Below, piece by piece: positions 1 through 11,118 of a DNA stretch of 64,000 nucleotides; position 1 is the stretch's first letter; the number at the start of each line of letters is the position of its first letter. The position numbers and the translations under genes are program-made. The notes under the pieces were generated by a model. It was not told where the DNA came from, did no database searches, and saw only the letters and a list, made by a program, of their open reading frames with translations. The stretch lies in NCBI GenBank assembly GCA_048772705.1, contig JBLWGC010000035.1, forward strand, positions 372,001 through 436,000. The letters are read 5' to 3'. The stretch is from Leidyana gryllorum EB-2025a (taxonomy: Eukaryota; Protista; Apicomplexa).

Positions 1-2
1 TA

Positions 3-2467
3 GCGGCAGCAGATGAATTGGCCCATTCGGGGCGTATAGCCTCAGATGGGGACGACAGACTGAAGATCGCGAGGATTTTTCAACCAACGGGACCATCCCC
101 GATCCTATTCACGGAAAAGGATGTGCAACGCTATAGACTGTGTGCCCTGTTGGCAACTGCTCTACACAAACTGCGGTGGCCAAGAGGACAGGTGGCGTCG
201 GTGAGTCTGAAGTTTAGAGTCTCTCACGTCTTGTTAGGATGGCAGTATATACTTTACGGAGCGGGGCGCTCAGCTCGAGGAAGCTGCCCAATCGGTGACA
301 GAAGTGCTGGATGCCAAGCCCACTAAACTGTTTGCGCATAACTTGAAGGCTGTTATAGCCAGTCGGAGAGGGAATTACGCCGAGCTCAAGACCGCTCTGT
401 CGGCTGCGATTGCTTCTGCGGGCCGGAAGAATGACAATGTGATTGGGTACAGCGAGTTTCTCCTGGCTGTAGCTTGCGAGCGACTGTGTCTGACCTCAAT
501 TGCCGAGGAGCACATCCAAAAATCAGTCGCAGCATCACCAGACTCTGTGTTGGCGATCTTCTATTCCGCTATATTGACTCTCAAGGCCGACAGTGCACAG
601 ACCTTCGAGGAGACATTGGCTGCCACTCAAGTTTTGACCGAAAGGGCTCTGGCCGACGTCGGGTCCTCAGCCGAAGAAGTCACGATGATCAATGCATTCT
701 ATCAGTATCTGAGGGGATTACAGAACCCGAAGGAGCAGATGGATTGCGCGAAACACATTGATGCCAGAATCAGTGAATTTGACGCGATGTCTCTGCGACC
801 CGACTTTGGGAATCGTCAGGATTCTACTTTGCTGTGGTTGGCCCCACGAGATTATCGCCAGCAACTGCGATTGTGGCAATTGATACTCTTATTGAAGATA
901 GACGCCTCTGTCAAAGTTATGGCAGTGGGGAACATTGACCTCACGAGCTTTATCAAAGCGTACACTCACGATGCTGCTTTGGAGGAGAGAAAGTATCTCC
1001 TGTCTCTGGGCCAAGTGTCGGGGTCAATACTGTTGGCCTCAAAGACGAGCACAGTGATTGACGAAGCTGTGAAGATTGTCGCTGAAATACCACTGGTGAA
1101 GGAACTCATCTACACCGCAGAGAAGTGTGTCTTAGAACGGTCTCTCTACCGTCTGGAGATTCGCAGAAAACTCAATCCGCGGAATCAATGGGTGATCCTC
1201 ACGGCTCCAGACTTGGATCTTCTCGAAGCCTTCGTTGTGTCCAAAGCATTGTCGACTTGGAAGCCACCCGTGATCTCCAGGGTTCCCAGACCTTCGCCTC
1301 CAGTGCCTCACATATCAGTGCGAGGACTATCACCCAAAATGAGTCCCCAGGCCGGACCTGCCAGAGCCAAAGGGGACGGCGCAGTCCAGCAAAAACGAAT
1401 GCCCGCAATGGATCGTCCGCTGAATCAAATGTTCAATGTGCCGCTGACCATCCCCATGTCAAAGTGTCTCCAAGCCAAAGACTTCGTGCTGGGCCCAGTT
1501 CTCGGGACCGGCGGCTTTGGAACTGTGTATAGCGGTCGTATGGTGGCAACAGGTCGTCCTGTGGCCATAAAGGTTCTGAAGGTCAGCTGGTCCCCTCAAG
1601 CTGCTAGAGACCTTCTAGCGGAGATCAACGCTATCGCAAAGCTGAAGCACGGAAATCTTGTCGAATTCGTCGGCGCATGTCTCGATATGCAGAAATTCTC
1701 TCTTGTGACAGAGCTTTGTGAACGAGGAAGTCTCTATGCTCGTTTACACCAATCTAATTCACCGCCTTGGCCATGGCTCAGGTGTTGTCAAGTCGCAGAT
1801 CAAATTGTCAGCGCCGTTGAGTATCTACACAATCAGACACCCAAAGTTGTGCATCGAGACCTCAAGTCCATGAACGTTGTCGTGAGTCTACACTTCTGTC
1901 ACCTCATCGCCTCTTCAGCTCGATCGAAACGGTGTCGCTAAAGTCTGCGACTTTGGATTGACACACTCCATGGAGCTCGGCAAGACCCACATGTCTATGG
2001 GACACGAGGCACGTGGTGGATCGCCGAGATACATGGCACCGGAATGTTTCGAGTCATCTGGTCGCATCAATGAGAAAGTTGACATCTGGGCCCTGGCTTG
2101 CGTACTAATCGAAGTTTTTGGGGGCCCCGTACCCTTCGAGGAGTGCAAAGAAGTGGCACATATTATTAGGACTGTGGTGGTCAGTCGTCATGTAAGTCCC
2201 GCCCCAGGTCACACTCATGTCTCTTACGCTCTACAGAGCCCCCGGATACCATCGCGATTCCCAGAGGCGCTGAAAGCCATTTTACGCGATTGTTTCAACT
2301 TTGATCCTCGACGTCGACCCGATGCCACCCAAGTAAGCGCTTAACCTACATAGTGCAACGCACCACACACGTGTGCCGTTGCTCCTATGATCATGAAGGG
2401 TTATAATAATTGGTCAATGCAGATTCGAGCTGTCATTAACGTCATGCGAGCGGCAGCTGTGCCTTAG
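3..2467 (+). CDS. Tyrosine-kinase-like (TKL/MAP3K-type) protein kinase with a helical, TPR-like N-terminal region; 5'-partial, multi-exon
   Basis: GTGGFG, VAIK, HRDLKSMN, then KVCDFG and YMAPE after splicing. Inferred introns at 201-237, 1882-1918, 2192-2236 and 2333-2422 give one continuous frame ending in TAG at 2465-2467. Confidence 0.88.
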
Positions 2468-2497
2468 TACTTGTTGCATGCGTTGCATGTGGCGTTG

Positions 2498-5400
2498 ATG
2501 TCAGTTCCGCCTGTTGACCGAAATCTGGGAATCGGCTTCGGCGCTCCGCCGGGCCGACGGACTATCTCTATCCTCCACCCGAATTATGCGGACAGAGCCA
2601 AGCCTCTGGATGCATTTTCCTTATATAGCAATCCGGTGGCGCTTCGTGCCTTCGATGTTCACACAGGCAGGCGCTCTCTACCAGCAGGTATGAAGGCAGT
2701 ACGCGCTCGCCAGCGATCTGTTTCACGAACACCGGTCGTGAGACAGTCCATCGGACAGGTGGCACCCAAGACTCCCGCTCCTCCCGTCAAGGAGCAGCCC
2801 ATACCGCCTCGTGGACTCTTCAGCCGACTGATGCGATTATTGCCAGCGCAAGCTTGCTGCCAGATGAATCGACCAGGTCAGCCACCTATGGCCCCTCAAT
2901 TCGCTGCTGGGTCTCCCAGGGGTATCCAAGGCCACATGGGGGCTCCGATTCCACCTCCAACCCGCACCAGTTTGCCAATGTTGAGTGCCCGCTCGACCAT
3001 GGGCACGGGAGACCCCGCATCGAGACAACCACCACCGCAATACGATCCAAACGCCTTCAATCGGATACAATCAATCACTCCCAGGGGTGTTAAGGCCCCT
3101 CCCCCGAGTCGCTTCCCATCGAGACGCACACAGGAACCTCAGAGGGTAAGTTGACAAACTATCTCGCGAAACAGCAATCCTGTCGCAGACCCCAAGTACA
3201 GGTGCAGTTCAGCATCTGGGTAGCACTGGTGCGCAAGGTGGTGATATTGGGCGCGGAATGTCTGCTCTCTCTGTCGGTAACAAAGCACCCGTGCGACGTG
3301 TCTCTATTGGGCCCGAATCGGTTCTGGAAGCTGGGACTTACAACAACACTCGTATGGTGCATGGCAGGGCTATGTACGACCCGTCGATGGACTTTTGGCA
3401 ATCCCGTGGTCCTCTTCGGTCAGCATTGAGTCAGCGACGTGCTTCTGCAGGCGCTGGATTCCCCAAACACACGGAGTCTCAAGTGTCTCAGTCTGGACAC
3501 CAAGAAGTTTACCAACCCCCTGCCCAAAGTGGATACCAAAATGTGGCTGCCGGTGAGTGTGAAGTGTGGGAAAGTGTATGATAATGGCAACTGGGTGCAG
3601 AGCACAGATATCCCGAGGTGGCTCGCACTCCGGAGCGGGTCTCCCCGCGTCCTGAGGCAGGCGCTCGACAGCCTGTAGCATTCGCACAGCAGGCGGATCA
3701 GCAAGCTGGATATGTGTCTTTCATGGCACAGAATTACTTTGGTCCCGGGGGAGTGCCTCAAGGCAGTTCTCCTCAAGTCCCTCCCGGGTATGAACAAGCC
3801 AACAAAGCACCGCACGAGTCATCGATGCGAGTCAGCGGGAAACCACAGTACGAAGTCCACTCCCAAGCCCAAGCACCCGTGGCACAACACGCCCCAGGCC
3901 CCTCTTCTTTCGCGTCCCGACCAACGAATCTTTCAGCTCCCCGCGGGTCGGACTCGGGCCCCGCTTCCGTCGCTGTGTCTCCCGGAACCTCGTCTCCCTT
4001 GCCAATACCACCTGAGATGTCGCCGAAAGACGCCATGGCTGTCTATTCCAAGTATCAAGCGGGTCTTCAGAAGGTGCCGTACACTGTGAATCAAACACCC
4101 TTCAGCATCGAGTTGCCTCCTATGGTTGTCAATGCTTTCACACGATCTGATCGGTTGCGCTATGAGAAGGTGAGAGCGACGTTGGTCGGAAATTATGCAG
4201 ATTCTGTGCAGATCCTCGAGAGTTACAACAATTTGACGGCCGAAGTGGCTGCGGGCAGTCGACGTATCAATCCCACTTGTGTGCGTTTCATGATGGTGCG
4301 AAACTCGCAGTACACCCCGGCTACCGAGGAGTCTCCTGACGGGCGCATTACCGTTCACCTCCCTCCCGAGAGTGAAGCGATACAGAGTGGAGCGGTTGGT
4401 AATGTCTTCATGGGCTCTATTGGGTCTCATAGAGTTGCTGTGAAGATTCCGAACCGTCAAGGTGAGATAGGAGAGGTGTGATTCCTGTGACACATTTTGT
4501 GTAGCATTGGCCACTGATGTGCTGGGAACCATCGAGAAGTTGGTGCACGAGGCGCGTATACTGCTGCGTGTTGGTCATCATCCAGGTGTAGTGAATCTGT
4601 TGGGAGTGCACATCGGTTCTTTCACCGATATCTGGCTCATTATGGACCTGGCGAACGGTGTTGACCTCCATGCGCTGCATTACGAGCATCAGTACCAGTT
4701 AGACGCCACAGCCAGATATGAGTTGATCTGCTCTCTTTTCGATTCTCTCGCCTATCTGCACGCTCCCACTCCTGGAAAGGGTATCATTGCTCACAGAGAC
4801 GTGAAGCCGGAAAATGTTGTGGTGAGTCTTTTCAGTCACCCAACCATATCTCCTCTTTGGTGACTTGACTACTGTACTTCTTTGTGTTATGAAGTTGTGC
4901 TATCTTCGTTCGCGTGTTGGTGATGACTGATGTGCACCCGAAAATCCCAGCGCAGGGGTCTCAATGCTCATCTGTCTCCCCACTCTTTATATATAGTGTA
5001 TTGCTGATTCAAGGACCTCCTGCTGCGGGCAAGAGGCTCTCTCTCTGCACCATCGCCCCCACTGGACCTAACGTGCTCGCAAGAGGCGAAGGGATCCTGT
5101 CAGATGGCATGGAGGGCGACTTGTTGGTCGCGGCGTCCTGATCGGTGTGATGATTTTGGTCGTGGTGTGATCGTGTTATTTTTGTTATGCCTTCACGAGA
5201 GCGAAGTACATTCATGTTTGCATGGCAGATCACCCGCGACTCACAAACGGTGTTATGCGACTTTGGCAACGCTGACCAATCCATCACAGGGAAGTTCACG
5301 AGTCTGATCGGAGGTGAGTGACCATTCAGCTACCGAACTTGCTTTGAATTCTCGCTGCAGTGACGTGGCTCTACGCGCCGCCCGAGGTTTTGACATTGAC

Positions 5401-5764
5401 CCCTGGCCCCATGGAAGGGGGAACCCCGACCATTGGCACGAGTTGGGATATGTGGTCGGCAGGCTGTGTAATCCTAGAGTTGCTGGGACTTCCCCACCCC
5501 TTCGAGCGCCTGATTACATCACGCGAGCCTGACGCTATACGAGATGCATTCCGAGCTGCGATCAAACGGGGTGACTTCCGACCTCGTTGTCCGAGTCGAT
5601 TGAAGAAGCCGTTGTTGAATGTCGTGGCTGCGTGTTTACATCCCGATCGCGAGCAGCGTGTCAGCGCTCGAACTTGTGTGGAGGCCTTACGGAACGACAA
5701 GGAGAAGATTCTGCGGAACATCGCAGACGTACTGGCAGCAGGGCCGACCGCACGTCAAGCATAG
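2498..5764 (+). CDS. Protein kinase with a long Pro/Gln-rich low-complexity N-terminus; multi-exon
   Basis: QSGAVG (variant Gly loop), VAVK, HRDVKPEN, LCDFGN (exon 5229-5313), WLYAPPE and DMWSAG. Short introns join the ORFs, plus one 407-nt intron at 4822-5228. Confidence 0.82.
4915..5012 (+). ncRNA. Possible intronic box C/D-type small RNA (unconfirmed)
   Basis: GTGATGA at 4920-4926 and CTGA at 5004-5007, with short flanking complementarity, inside an unusually long intron. Confidence 0.22.
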
Positions 5765-5862
5765 GCCTGAGGGGAGTAGTATGGTACGACTGATTTGTCG
5801 ATCTTTCGGTTGGTGTGGATAGATTCGTCGTTTGAAATTGGACGAGCAGGACTTTGTGTCAA

Positions 5863-6069
5863 TTATTCGTTCTGGACTTGTTTGCTTGTCTTGTCGAGTT
5901 CTGCTATGTCCGAGTTTTGGGTTCCGCTAGTGACATTCTCACGAGCGGCTTCACGGTCTCCCACCTTGTCTTTAGCCTCACTGAACTTGTTTTGGACGAA
6001 CTCCTTAGCTTTGGTGAAAGCGTCGGATGCCTGTCGGGTGTAGTGTTGAGCGGTCTCTTGAATGGTCAT
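5863..6069 (-). CDS. Small hydrophilic LEA/late-embryogenesis-like protein (68 aa)
   Basis: MTIQETAQHYTRQASDAFTKAKEFVQNKFSEAKDKVG... is an amphipathic K/E/A-rich helix pattern resembling group 3 LEA proteins. Confidence 0.5.
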   Translation of the reverse strand: MTIQETAQHYTRQASDAFTKAKEFVQNKFSEAKDKVGDREAARENVTSGTQNSDIAELDKTSKQVQNE

Positions 6070-6074
6070 ATTGC

Positions 6075-8120
6075 TTAAATGTGTGCTTTGCGTCCATGCC
6101 GTGCACACTCTGGAAAGGGAGTGTCTATAAATGTGTTGACCCCATTGGGGATCGGATTGTAATCAAATGTGTCACTGAACACCCAGAGCTGGAACTGATT
6201 GATTGACTCATCTGGGTAGGTATTGGGGACTTCAAGACTCAAAAAACTGTTCCGTCTTGGTCTGTACATCTCTCGTGGTAGATAGAGTCCAAACGCGTAT
6301 ACATCCTCTCCTCTCACATTTGCCATCAGTCCCAATCGCAGATCGCCCAGGGCACTATTGACAGAGATATTCACTCCAACCTCAATGATGGCGGAAGTCC
6401 AACTCCTCACACACAGCTGTACCTTCACTGCCTTCGCGTCAATGATCGAGAGATCAAGGGCCCTTTCAAAAGGCTCGGCCTCTATGATGGCGTGACGTTC
6501 GAGATATCTTTCCGTCACGAGCGAATCTGTAAGCTTATGGTATCTTCTAATCAATCGACCGTTTTTGAATGCGTCAAACCCATCACCTCCGTCGGCCAAG
6601 AAGTCATTGGTCATCACTTTGTACTTTCGACGTGGCTTTAGAAGCTCGCCCCCAATCCAAACATCCGCGATGATATTGTCAACATATGTGAATCGCATAT
6701 TGGCCACTCCAAGCATCAGACGCGGGGTTTGGAACTGTTGTGACAAGAGTGTACGCACTAACTCTCCTGACATCTCCATGAGAACCATGGTGTTCTTGAA
6801 GGGAAGCGCGCTTAGAACAACGTCAGCAGTCACTATGCCACTCGGAAGACACCCACGCACATTGCCCGGATTCACCACTGCAATGTCGGCCTCCGGTTCG
6901 GCCGCCCGCATCGCATCAGCTATCAGATGCACCAGTTGGGACTCCTCAGATCTCAAGATGTCACCCGATGCGTCGGCTGCCCGGCTGATTGATCGACAAG
7001 TACGCCCAACAATCCGCCGTCGTCCAGCCTCAGCGTCACTCGCAGCACGAGCGACAATGTCTCGCACTGAGGTGACAACAGGGTCGCCTGCAAAGGAATC
7101 TTGGTCTGGATTCCGACGGGAAGCCCGTATCAGTCGACCTGTCGCTTCGGCGGAGGGAACGAAGCCAGGACGAGAGAACTTGAGAGTTAAGTGCCCGACA
7201 TGGGATCCATAACATCCAGCTTGCATGGCTAATACTGGTTCGGTTCGGTGGTACGTTATGTGTGTGTGGCCGCTTAAAACGGCGGAATACCTTCCGTCCA
7301 AATTCTCAAGGAGGTCTTTCCATTCCTCTGAATCTTCACCAGCCGGATGTCCGCCTTGGTGAGCAAGGAGTACCAGCGCGTCACACCCGTGTTCGTTGAT
7401 GAGCGTGTCAGCCTCGCGATTCGCGGCTTCCACCATACTGCCGAAACGAAGCCACATCAGACCTCCGGTTCGGACCAGTAATGGAACAGATTGAGTGACG
7501 ACACCCACGAAGCCAACTTTTCGGCCGTTTGGCATAACCCAGATATAAGAGGGTGAATAGACAAGTGAGTCATCTTTTTCGTTGTAGATATTAGCCGCTA
7601 GGTGAGGTATGGAGGCATGGCCGTTGATCTTTTTATGCAGCCAGGTAACTCCGCGATCGAATTCATGGTTGCCCAGGGCCACTACACGTGTGTCCAGAGC
7701 ATTCAGGACGTCCAATACAGGCTGCTCATCGAGTGAAGCACATATGTACTCTGTAGCCCCCATATTGTCACCAGCAGACACAAGAATAGAGTTTTGAATG
7801 CCATATTGATGTCGCAGTTCTTGAATTGTTTGGGCAAGACTTATTGCTCCATACTCAGCTGTGCCAGCTTCGTCACGCCTCTGAGAGAGGCGGCCATGTA
7901 AGTCGTTGAAGAAGAAGATGTGGGCTTCGTCATTGTGAGCTAAGCGGCGTCGTACTGGATTGGTGATGACTTTGGGCTGGGGGAGGACGGGAAGACAAGT
8001 GTCAGCTGCAGAGTTGAAAAGTCCGCGGCCGAAGAGAACTTGGCGTGCAAGATCGTCTGGTCTAGCCTGAGTGGCAGTGGGGAGGGCAAGAAGTGAAGCG
8101 GCAACAGCAGATAGGAACAT
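6075..8120 (-). CDS. Secreted 5'-nucleotidase/UDP-sugar hydrolase family metallophosphoesterase (copy A), intronless
   Basis: Signal peptide from ATG 8120 (MFLSAVAASLLALPTA). Motifs FNDLHG, AGDNMG, GNHEFD, AHQG, GHTH; C-domain NPGNVRG, LPFKN, NDFLADGGDGF. No hydrophobic C-terminus. Confidence 0.92.
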   Translation of the reverse strand: MFLSAVAASLLALPTATQARPDDLARQVLFGRGLFNSAADTCLPVLPQPKVITNPVRRRLAHNDEAHIFFFNDLHGRLSQRRDEAGTAEYGAISLAQTIQELRHQYGIQNSILVSAGDNMGATEYICASLDEQPVLDVLNALDTRVVALGNHEFDRGVTWLHKKINGHASIPHLAANIYNEKDDSLVYSPSYIWVMPNGRKVGFVGVVTQSVPLLVRTGGLMWLRFGSMVEAANREADTLINEHGCDALVLLAHQGGHPAGEDSEEWKDLLENLDGRYSAVLSGHTHITYHRTEPVLAMQAGCYGSHVGHLTLKFSRPGFVPSAEATGRLIRASRRNPDQDSFAGDPVVTSVRDIVARAASDAEAGRRRIVGRTCRSISRAADASGDILRSEESQLVHLIADAMRAAEPEADIAVVNPGNVRGCLPSGIVTADVVLSALPFKNTMVLMEMSGELVRTLLSQQFQTPRLMLGVANMRFTYVDNIIADVWIGGELLKPRRKYKVMTNDFLADGGDGFDAFKNGRLIRRYHKLTDSLVTERYLERHAIIEAEPFERALDLSIIDAKAVKVQLCVRSWTSAIIEVGVNISVNSALGDLRLGLMANVRGEDVYAFGLYLPREMYRPRRNSFLSLEVPNTYPDESINQFQLWVFSDTFDYNPIPNGVNTFIDTPFPECARHGRKAHI

Positions 8121-8148
8121 GTAAAAAAGGCAAAAGAGTCGCGTCGCC

Positions 8149-10815
8149 TCAAAGCGCGAAGGTGGCAAAGACCAGCAGTAATACAGTACAACTCAGGAAG
8201 TGACGGAAGGGAACGGATCCAGAATGGGGTGCTACATCCAGATGCTTGATGAGTCCTTCTGGGAAGAAAGGGTTACCATCAAACACCTTGGACTGGAGTG
8301 TCATCTCGAGATATCTGGATTTGGTGGTGACAGTGAAAGTATGGCGTATACTGTGGGTGACGGGGCCGTCGAGGTCAGTCTTTTCGAGTGCATACTCGGT
8401 CAAATCCAGCAGGTTGTTGCTGTTGCTCATGTGTTTGACTGTGATGGTGAAAGGACCTGGAACGGTGACAGCTTTCACCACCTCGATGTTATATAGGACT
8501 GTGGCTACCCGACCTGGTGGTCCGACAACCACTTGGTGTGGCTGAGAGACGATGACAACTTGTCCATCTTGTAGCAAGGCGCTAACGTCAATAGCCCGCT
8601 CCAAGTTCGGTTTGGGTATGATCTCGTCGTTGAGAGCTGACAAAGACAGAGTGTGGTTTATCACTGCATCGTAGAGAGAAATCCCCATTGGCAGGGGCAG
8701 TCCTACTTCGAGGGATGTCAGAACGTCTGTAAGGCTATCGTAAGCGTCACCACCCTGAATGAGGAAGTCGGGAAGAACCATCAGAACCTTTTCACTTTCA
8801 GACGCTGCGCGACCTTTCGTTTCACTCCGCCCAGCCCCCTCTGATCGTCTTCCATTGGCTTCGCTAAAGGATGGTGAGTAGTACTCGAGAGTATTGCGTA
8901 GAATAGAAGCATTTGTGTTTTGCTTTCGGCCGGGGTCGTAGCGGTAGGTGAAGCCGGATACCTGAAATTGAGCACTTTTGCCTGCATAGCGGAAATGCAA
9001 GAATTGCTCTTCAAGAACGTCTAACAGATGCGCCGTCGTGGTGGGAAGTACTATCAGTTCGTCGAAGAAAGGTATGGAGTTCCACACGTCAATATTCGTC
9101 AATCGGTTGTGGCGATCATTTGTTGTCAACCAGTCCTCCCGAATCCCACCATCGTTCATCAAAGCCACCATGGGTATGCCCTGGTAAGCTTTGGTGCGGA
9201 GACTCTGTCTCCAATACTCGCCGGCGTGCAACATCGCATCAGCTATGTGGGCACCCAATACCGTCTCCTCGTCGCCAAGCGGTCGAGTCCAGGATTCCAG
9301 TAGTCTTCCGAGAGCCCTCCGAGGTAACTTTGTTTCCCGCTCACGCCACGCTGTGGCCACTATGTTCCCGACTGCGCGAGCGCGGGTTGGGATACTGAGT
9401 TCTGGAACGGCCAAGTTGTTCATGTACCATAACCCATTCTCAGGGTCATGCAAGTAGGGCGTGTAAGCGGGAATGACCTCACACTCGGTTGACAAGAGTT
9501 CCTGAGACATATGATCGAATTGTAGAGTACAAGATGCCAGATTGATACCGAAACCATCAGTTTGAATAACCGTATGACCAAATACTTTCCATACATACGA
9601 CTGATGGGTGTGGGCCGAGAGCACCAAATCAACTGACGGATCTAAAGCTTGGAGAAAACGGGCAAACTCGTGAGTTGGATTGTCTCGGATGAACTTCTGG
9701 GGGTCGTCCCCCCATCCACCTTGATGTATAATGACCACCACTGCATGACAAGTGTGCTCTCGTCGCAGTTGCAAGAGAACTTTGTCTGTAGTCTGAACAG
9801 GTGGCAGAACAGTAATAGTGTCCCTATTGTTGGGTCTGACAATGTCTGTAAATTCTTCGGTAACGGCAGCCGTGAAGCACACATTGTACAGCTTATCACC
9901 ACGAGCGACCGGAACGATGCGGAAACTTGGGAATATTGGATCTTGGGTGGATGAATTTACAATATTACTACACAAAGATTTAGTGTTGGGGTCCAATAGA
10001 TGGTCCAACCCATGCTGGAATTCGTGATTCCCTATCGCGTGTATATCAACACCCCACTTTGCCAATACTTGATAAGCAGGTATGTCAGAATCCAGACAGG
10101 ACTCGGCTTGAGAAGCTCCAATAGAGTCACCAGACGTAGCCAAGATCAAATCCGGCGAGTTCGATCGCAACCAATCCAATCTGATCGTCATACTGCCCGC
10201 GCCGCGTAGTCTTGAATCGTAGTTGGAGGGGACCATGTGGCCGTGCCAGTCATTGATTGATACTATTACGATCTCATCCAAATCAGTTCCAAAAGGTAGG
10301 AAAACAGTTGCCTCGCGAGAAACTTGCTGCTTACTACGGGTGTTTAGTAAGCTCAGAGAAATGTATGGGGGCTCCTGATGCTGATCGCGTACAGCAGCTT
10401 CGGCATCCCGTGCCTCCTCACTGTCATCGACTCTCAACAGGATCTTGAATGCTGTTTCGAGAGCAGCAAATGACCGATCTGCGTTATATTGGATCTCATC
10501 TACCCAGAAAAACGCTGGCAGGGACTTTTCATCAACCGCCACCTCGTATTGATCCTCATCCTCTACCTCCAAACCATCGCCATAATCATCAGCAGTCCCA
10601 CTCTCCTCCTCGTCTTCCTCCTGGTTATTTGTTGGAGATTCGTGACCATTGTTATTCAGTATTGACCCTTCCACCTCGAAAACTGTTCCAGGCGTAACAC
10701 TTTTTCGCAAGGGACGTACATATAGACGAAACCGGTCAACTGCATCCTGCTGTCTTGAACTACCGACCCCGACTTGTACGAGTAAAGCCGCTAGTAATCG
10801 TCGCATCATCATCAT
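8149..10815 (-). CDS. Surface (GPI-signal) 5'-nucleotidase family protein (copy B), intronless
   Basis: Signal peptide. Motifs INDWHG, SGDSIG, GNHEFQ, IHQG, SAHTHQ, NDGGIRED, PDFLIQGGDAY. Hydrophobic C-terminus ...FLSCTVLLLVFATFAL-stop. Confidence 0.9.
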   Translation of the reverse strand: MMMMRRLLAALLVQVGVGSSRQQDAVDRFRLYVRPLRKSVTPGTVFEVEGSILNNNGHESPTNNQEEDEEESGTADDYGDGLEVEDEDQYEVAVDEKSLPAFFWVDEIQYNADRSFAALETAFKILLRVDDSEEARDAEAAVRDQHQEPPYISLSLLNTRSKQQVSREATVFLPFGTDLDEIVIVSINDWHGHMVPSNYDSRLRGAGSMTIRLDWLRSNSPDLILATSGDSIGASQAESCLDSDIPAYQVLAKWGVDIHAIGNHEFQHGLDHLLDPNTKSLCSNIVNSSTQDPIFPSFRIVPVARGDKLYNVCFTAAVTEEFTDIVRPNNRDTITVLPPVQTTDKVLLQLRREHTCHAVVVIIHQGGWGDDPQKFIRDNPTHEFARFLQALDPSVDLVLSAHTHQSYVWKVFGHTVIQTDGFGINLASCTLQFDHMSQELLSTECEVIPAYTPYLHDPENGLWYMNNLAVPELSIPTRARAVGNIVATAWRERETKLPRRALGRLLESWTRPLGDEETVLGAHIADAMLHAGEYWRQSLRTKAYQGIPMVALMNDGGIREDWLTTNDRHNRLTNIDVWNSIPFFDELIVLPTTTAHLLDVLEEQFLHFRYAGKSAQFQVSGFTYRYDPGRKQNTNASILRNTLEYYSPSFSEANGRRSEGAGRSETKGRAASESEKVLMVLPDFLIQGGDAYDSLTDVLTSLEVGLPLPMGISLYDAVINHTLSLSALNDEIIPKPNLERAIDVSALLQDGQVVIVSQPHQVVVGPPGRVATVLYNIEVVKAVTVPGPFTITVKHMSNSNNLLDLTEYALEKTDLDGPVTHSIRHTFTVTTKSRYLEMTLQSKVFDGNPFFPEGLIKHLDVAPHSGSVPFRHFLSCTVLLLVFATFAL

Positions 10816-11118
10816 TGTTGCTTTGGGCCAATTTTACTGACTATCTCCATGACATAGAAGCAATAGCATATCACATAAAATTCCCTCTACCCTCCAAACC
10901 CCCATCCTCGACGCAAACCAGACTCTCTCATCTCACACAGTATCTCTTTCCTTTTTTTACTCTCAGTGCAGCTTCTTGCCCTCGAAAACAAGAGATGGTG
11001 AGAATGAATTGAGCCTCAGCCCTCTCCCATAGGTCTGTACGCAGATATCAATGGATGCAACACCATGATCTAAGACAAACTAAAACTAATGCACAGCAAG
11101 TAGTGGCCTTCATAAAGC

